64,000 nt of DNA, taken from contig OZ024743.1 in assembly GCA_964016885.1 (NCBI GenBank), positions 310,930,001-310,994,000 on the forward strand. The letters run 5' to 3'. Below, piece after piece: positions 60,676 through 64,000 of the stretch. Under the pieces are notes generated by a model, which had not been told where the DNA came from, searched no databases, and saw nothing but the letters and a program-made list of their open reading frames with translations. Each line of letters opens with the position of its first letter. The first letter of the stretch is position 1. Origin of the DNA: Eledone cirrhosa. Its lineage: Eukaryota. A program made the position numbers and the translations under genes.

Positions 60676-62297
60676 AGGAATATTTCTTTGAGATATCAAT
60701 AGAATTCGACGGACATACGATATTTTCAATGAGTCGTGTTATTGTGTGTAAATGTTTATAGCCATATGATATAAAGAGTCCGATGTACTTAAAATATCGT
60801 TATAGAATATCATAGGTGCAACAATAAAATGGCTAACAGGTTCCTTATTGTATAATCAAAGACACAATATCTAAGAGAATATTAAGCGAAACCACGATTC
60901 ATTTATTATATCTTATGTCTGCTAAAATGTCTTCACTTGTAGATAACCAGGCGTCTGTATAAATACAGCATTTCCGGCAGTCCATTGTATTTTTTATTGA
61001 TCCAACGATTGAATCATAATTGCCCCATTCATTGAATATGGAACGATACGGTTCTTTCTACTGGCAATATGATAATGAACGTATGATATTTGAAATTATA
61101 TTCAGGGGGATATAAAAAGAAGCGGTAGATTTTATAACAAATAACAGTAAGATTATTTAAGAATTATTATAAAACAATCCATGCCATTCACTGATGGAGA
61201 CATCAGAGTGCCACCACTTTTGTTTTCAACATGGTGGATACTATCCATAACCTGGTCTGGATACAGCTGATTCTACCAGTGAGACAAAAAAGCAAGAGAG
61301 ATAGAGAAAGTAATAGTAAGAGAAAGTGGGACGGAGAAAAGAAGGTACGCAAACAAATTCAAAAGTAAGAATTCTTCATAGAATTTGTTCAAAAGATTTG
61401 TTTCAAAACATTAAATAATATAGTCTTTCATAAACGAGGAACTAACGCAACAGTAGTTATTAAAAGTTCATTTAAGGTTCCTACTGCCAAACAACCTTCA
61501 TTGATACTCTCAGAGTTACTACTAAACAAGGAAAGTAGCAGATAAACGGATTTAAACTCAGAACGTCCTGAGCCGGAACAGATACCGCAGAGCATCGGAT
61601 AACAGATCCAGCTCTTTAACAATTCCACCAATCCACTATCCCTGGATTGGTATTTCATTTATCGACCTTGAAACGATGAAAGCCAAAGTTGACTATGGTG
61701 AGATATAAACACAGTTCTCAGAGGACCAGAATCATTGCGAAGACATTTATTTCGACGTCCTAACGACTCTGCTAATTCGTCGCTTTACATGATTAGATAA
61801 TTTCATTAAGAATTAAGAAGCAAGAATTGTTCAAAAGATTTGTTTCAAAACAGTAAATGATATAGTCTTTCGTAAACGGGGAAATAACGCAACAGTAGTC
61901 ATCAACAGTTCAATTATGGTCTTTACTGACAAACTATCCTCATAGATACTCTCATAGTTACTAGTAAACAAGGAAAGTAGCAGATAAACGGAAGTTTGTC
62001 AATAAACATATCATTAAGAAAAACACTCCCCAAATATATAATACAGGAAAATTTTAATTCCTGAAGTTACTAAAGATAAATAACAATGAGTATGGATTGA
62101 TTCCGATAAGTTGGAACAGTTTTCTTCGTGGATGTATAAACATATAATTCAATAATAACATGAAATACATTCTCAAATAGAATATTAAATTGTGTTACAT
62201 AAAATGTTCCTCGGGCATAAACGCATACTGATTGACAGAAATAATTTTATCTAGCCAAACATATCGTCGGTAGGCTCAAGAATTGTAAAATTGTTTT

Positions 62298-62455
62298 TTT
62301 TTCTTTTTTCTTTTTTCTTTTTTCTTTTTTCTTTTTTCTTTTTTCTTTTTTCTTTTTTCTTTTTTCTTTTTTCTTTTTTCTTTTTTCTTTTTTCTTTTTT
62401 CTTTTTTCTTTTTTCTTTTTTCTTTTTTCTTTTTTCTTTTTTCTTTTTTCTTTTT
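62298..62455. repeat. Polypyrimidine simple repeat (T5C-T6C)n
   Basis: Directly visible 13-bp period. Confidence 0.95.
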
Positions 62456-62887
62456 TATAATTTTATTTTATTCCAACCCCAAAGAATATGTTGATTTAGT
62501 ATTCTAAATGTCAGACAAACGAGGTTATAATAGTCGAAAATCACCTGAATTCATATTGACAGGAACAATAATTATCTTTTATTTTCTAGTAGTGCTTTGA
62601 CAACCCAATTCCGACATTGGCGTGTTTACGCTGCTTAGAACGCTATTATATCTGACAACTTTTTTCTTCTTTAAGGATACAAAGGTCTGCATTCCATTTC
62701 ATTTACTTTGGTTCCTTCTCATAAATTGCAAAATTCATGCAAATACAAGCATATCTTAATCAGCACTATTAAATATCACAATGTTCAAATTTTATGATTA
62801 TGCAAATCGTTAACAAAAAGTAGAAAGCTCGTCAGGATTTTTTTTTTTTTTTTTTTTTCCTCTTGTCACCGAACTGTCAAGAATAAA

Positions 62888-63510
62888 TGCGATCCGTAAA
62901 AAATATATCCGACCTTAGGCTTTGAAAAATGTACGAGTTTGGTGGCGTGTAATTGCACATTCGCTTTGAAGTAAGCCCTTTGTGCTTTCACACACTTAGC
63001 CCAATGTTTCTTTCACTGTTCAAAGCATGTCTGGAATGCTTCTTCAAGAATGCCTCTCAACTCCGCCGTCGTAGTCTGAACAATGTCTTCTTGATTCTCA
63101 AAGAAGTCAGAATGAGCCATGACTGGAGAGTAAGGAGTTCGACAAATGTCAAAGCGTTGTCATAATGCAACTGCCAGTTTTGCAAGGCCTACATGTTTCT
63201 TGCGCTGAATTGTATCATGAGTCGTCGGGGGTTTTCTGATATTACTTCTTTGTAATTGTTTGTCATTTTAATGCATATTCGTGATGCACAACGCTCCGGT
63301 CGTTGAAGTCATCACCTTGATATTGCTCCACAACTGACGTTTTGGGGGAACCTTGATGACATTTACATTTAATGATTCCAGTCTGATGACCGAGCTTTTG
63401 TTTCCAGGTCGGATATGAACACCCACATCTCAACTCCAGGGATTACGGTTTTCAGGAAATCAGAATTTTTGTTGACAGTATCGACAGAAAAGAAAATGCG
63501 ACCGACACAC
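62888..63510 (-). mobile_element. Decayed mariner transposon fragment
   Basis: DFLKTVIPGVEMWVFISDLETKARSSDW resembles the mariner FL..IVTGDETWV..YDPETK.QS..W motif. A TIR-like AAAAAATATATCCGACCT lies near 62900. Confidence 0.7.
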
Positions 63511-64000
63511 CAATTCCGCTCGCCAAATATCACACATGGGAGTCTACTTATATTGCATTTTGTCTCCCTAATTTCATTTCTTTTCATATTTACGACAAAC
63601 CTCGTAAAAACCAATTCAGAGCCCTCCAGCCTGTTGGCTTTGCCCATAAAATTTGTCCAACGATTCTTTCCCTAGATATGTTTAACTCATGTCCGTAGTA
63701 CCGGAGCTCTGGTCTCCTAATGTGGAGTATTGGCTGCTCTAACAAGGAGGGACTCCCTGATCTCCTAGCTACACACCCCATTGAGTAAATCTAATTGGTG
63801 CATGGCGGCCATCACCTTCCGAAGGATTGAATAGCACTATGTCGTCTACAAATATCACCCAACTGATCCTGTATCTACCGATTTTGATATATTTTCCAAC
63901 CCGACTGCGTACATCCATCCTGTCCATGAACATAATGAACAGGGGAGGTGCGAGTACATACCCTTGGAATAGTTCGATCCCTACACTGAATGGTTTTCGC

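Noticed and set aside
60900-62650. Candidate first exon or start codon (ATG near 60985; short open stretch near 62590-62650)
   Set aside because: No signal peptide and no suitable phase-2 donor could be supported.

Overview
AT-rich, repeat-dominated eukaryotic (animal) genomic DNA, most likely a coleoid cephalopod such as Octopus; this is inferred from the SINE family and the huge (TA)n tracts, not proven. One host gene is recognisable. It is a minus-strand spliced zincin metallopeptidase with five phase-compatible GT-AG exons (59576 down to 18286; the 5' exon(s) were not found). It carries HEFAH plus a downstream EYFA and resembles a mainly bacterial lethal-factor/MtfA-like family. The rest is mobile DNA: a near-intact RTE LINE, two Naiad-type and one other Penelope-like element (PLE), RLE-LINE, RTE and mariner fragments, a Tc1/pogo MITE and many SINEs. 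The most striking unannotated signal is a dense set of about 20 type I hammerhead ribozyme (HHR) motifs, intact or degenerate, from at least 7 unrelated sequence families. They sit in short non-coding elements that all insert into (TA)n and usually form two inverted arms with their 3' ends facing outwards. One family is a tandem 491-nt HHR-to-HHR unit (retrozyme-like). It shows stem covariation between copies, 5' ends just downstream of the predicted cleavage site, and sense orientation inside the host gene's 21-kb intron. All RNA structures were folded by eye and no activity has been demonstrated. The long Ile/Tyr ORFs in the track are microsatellite artefacts.
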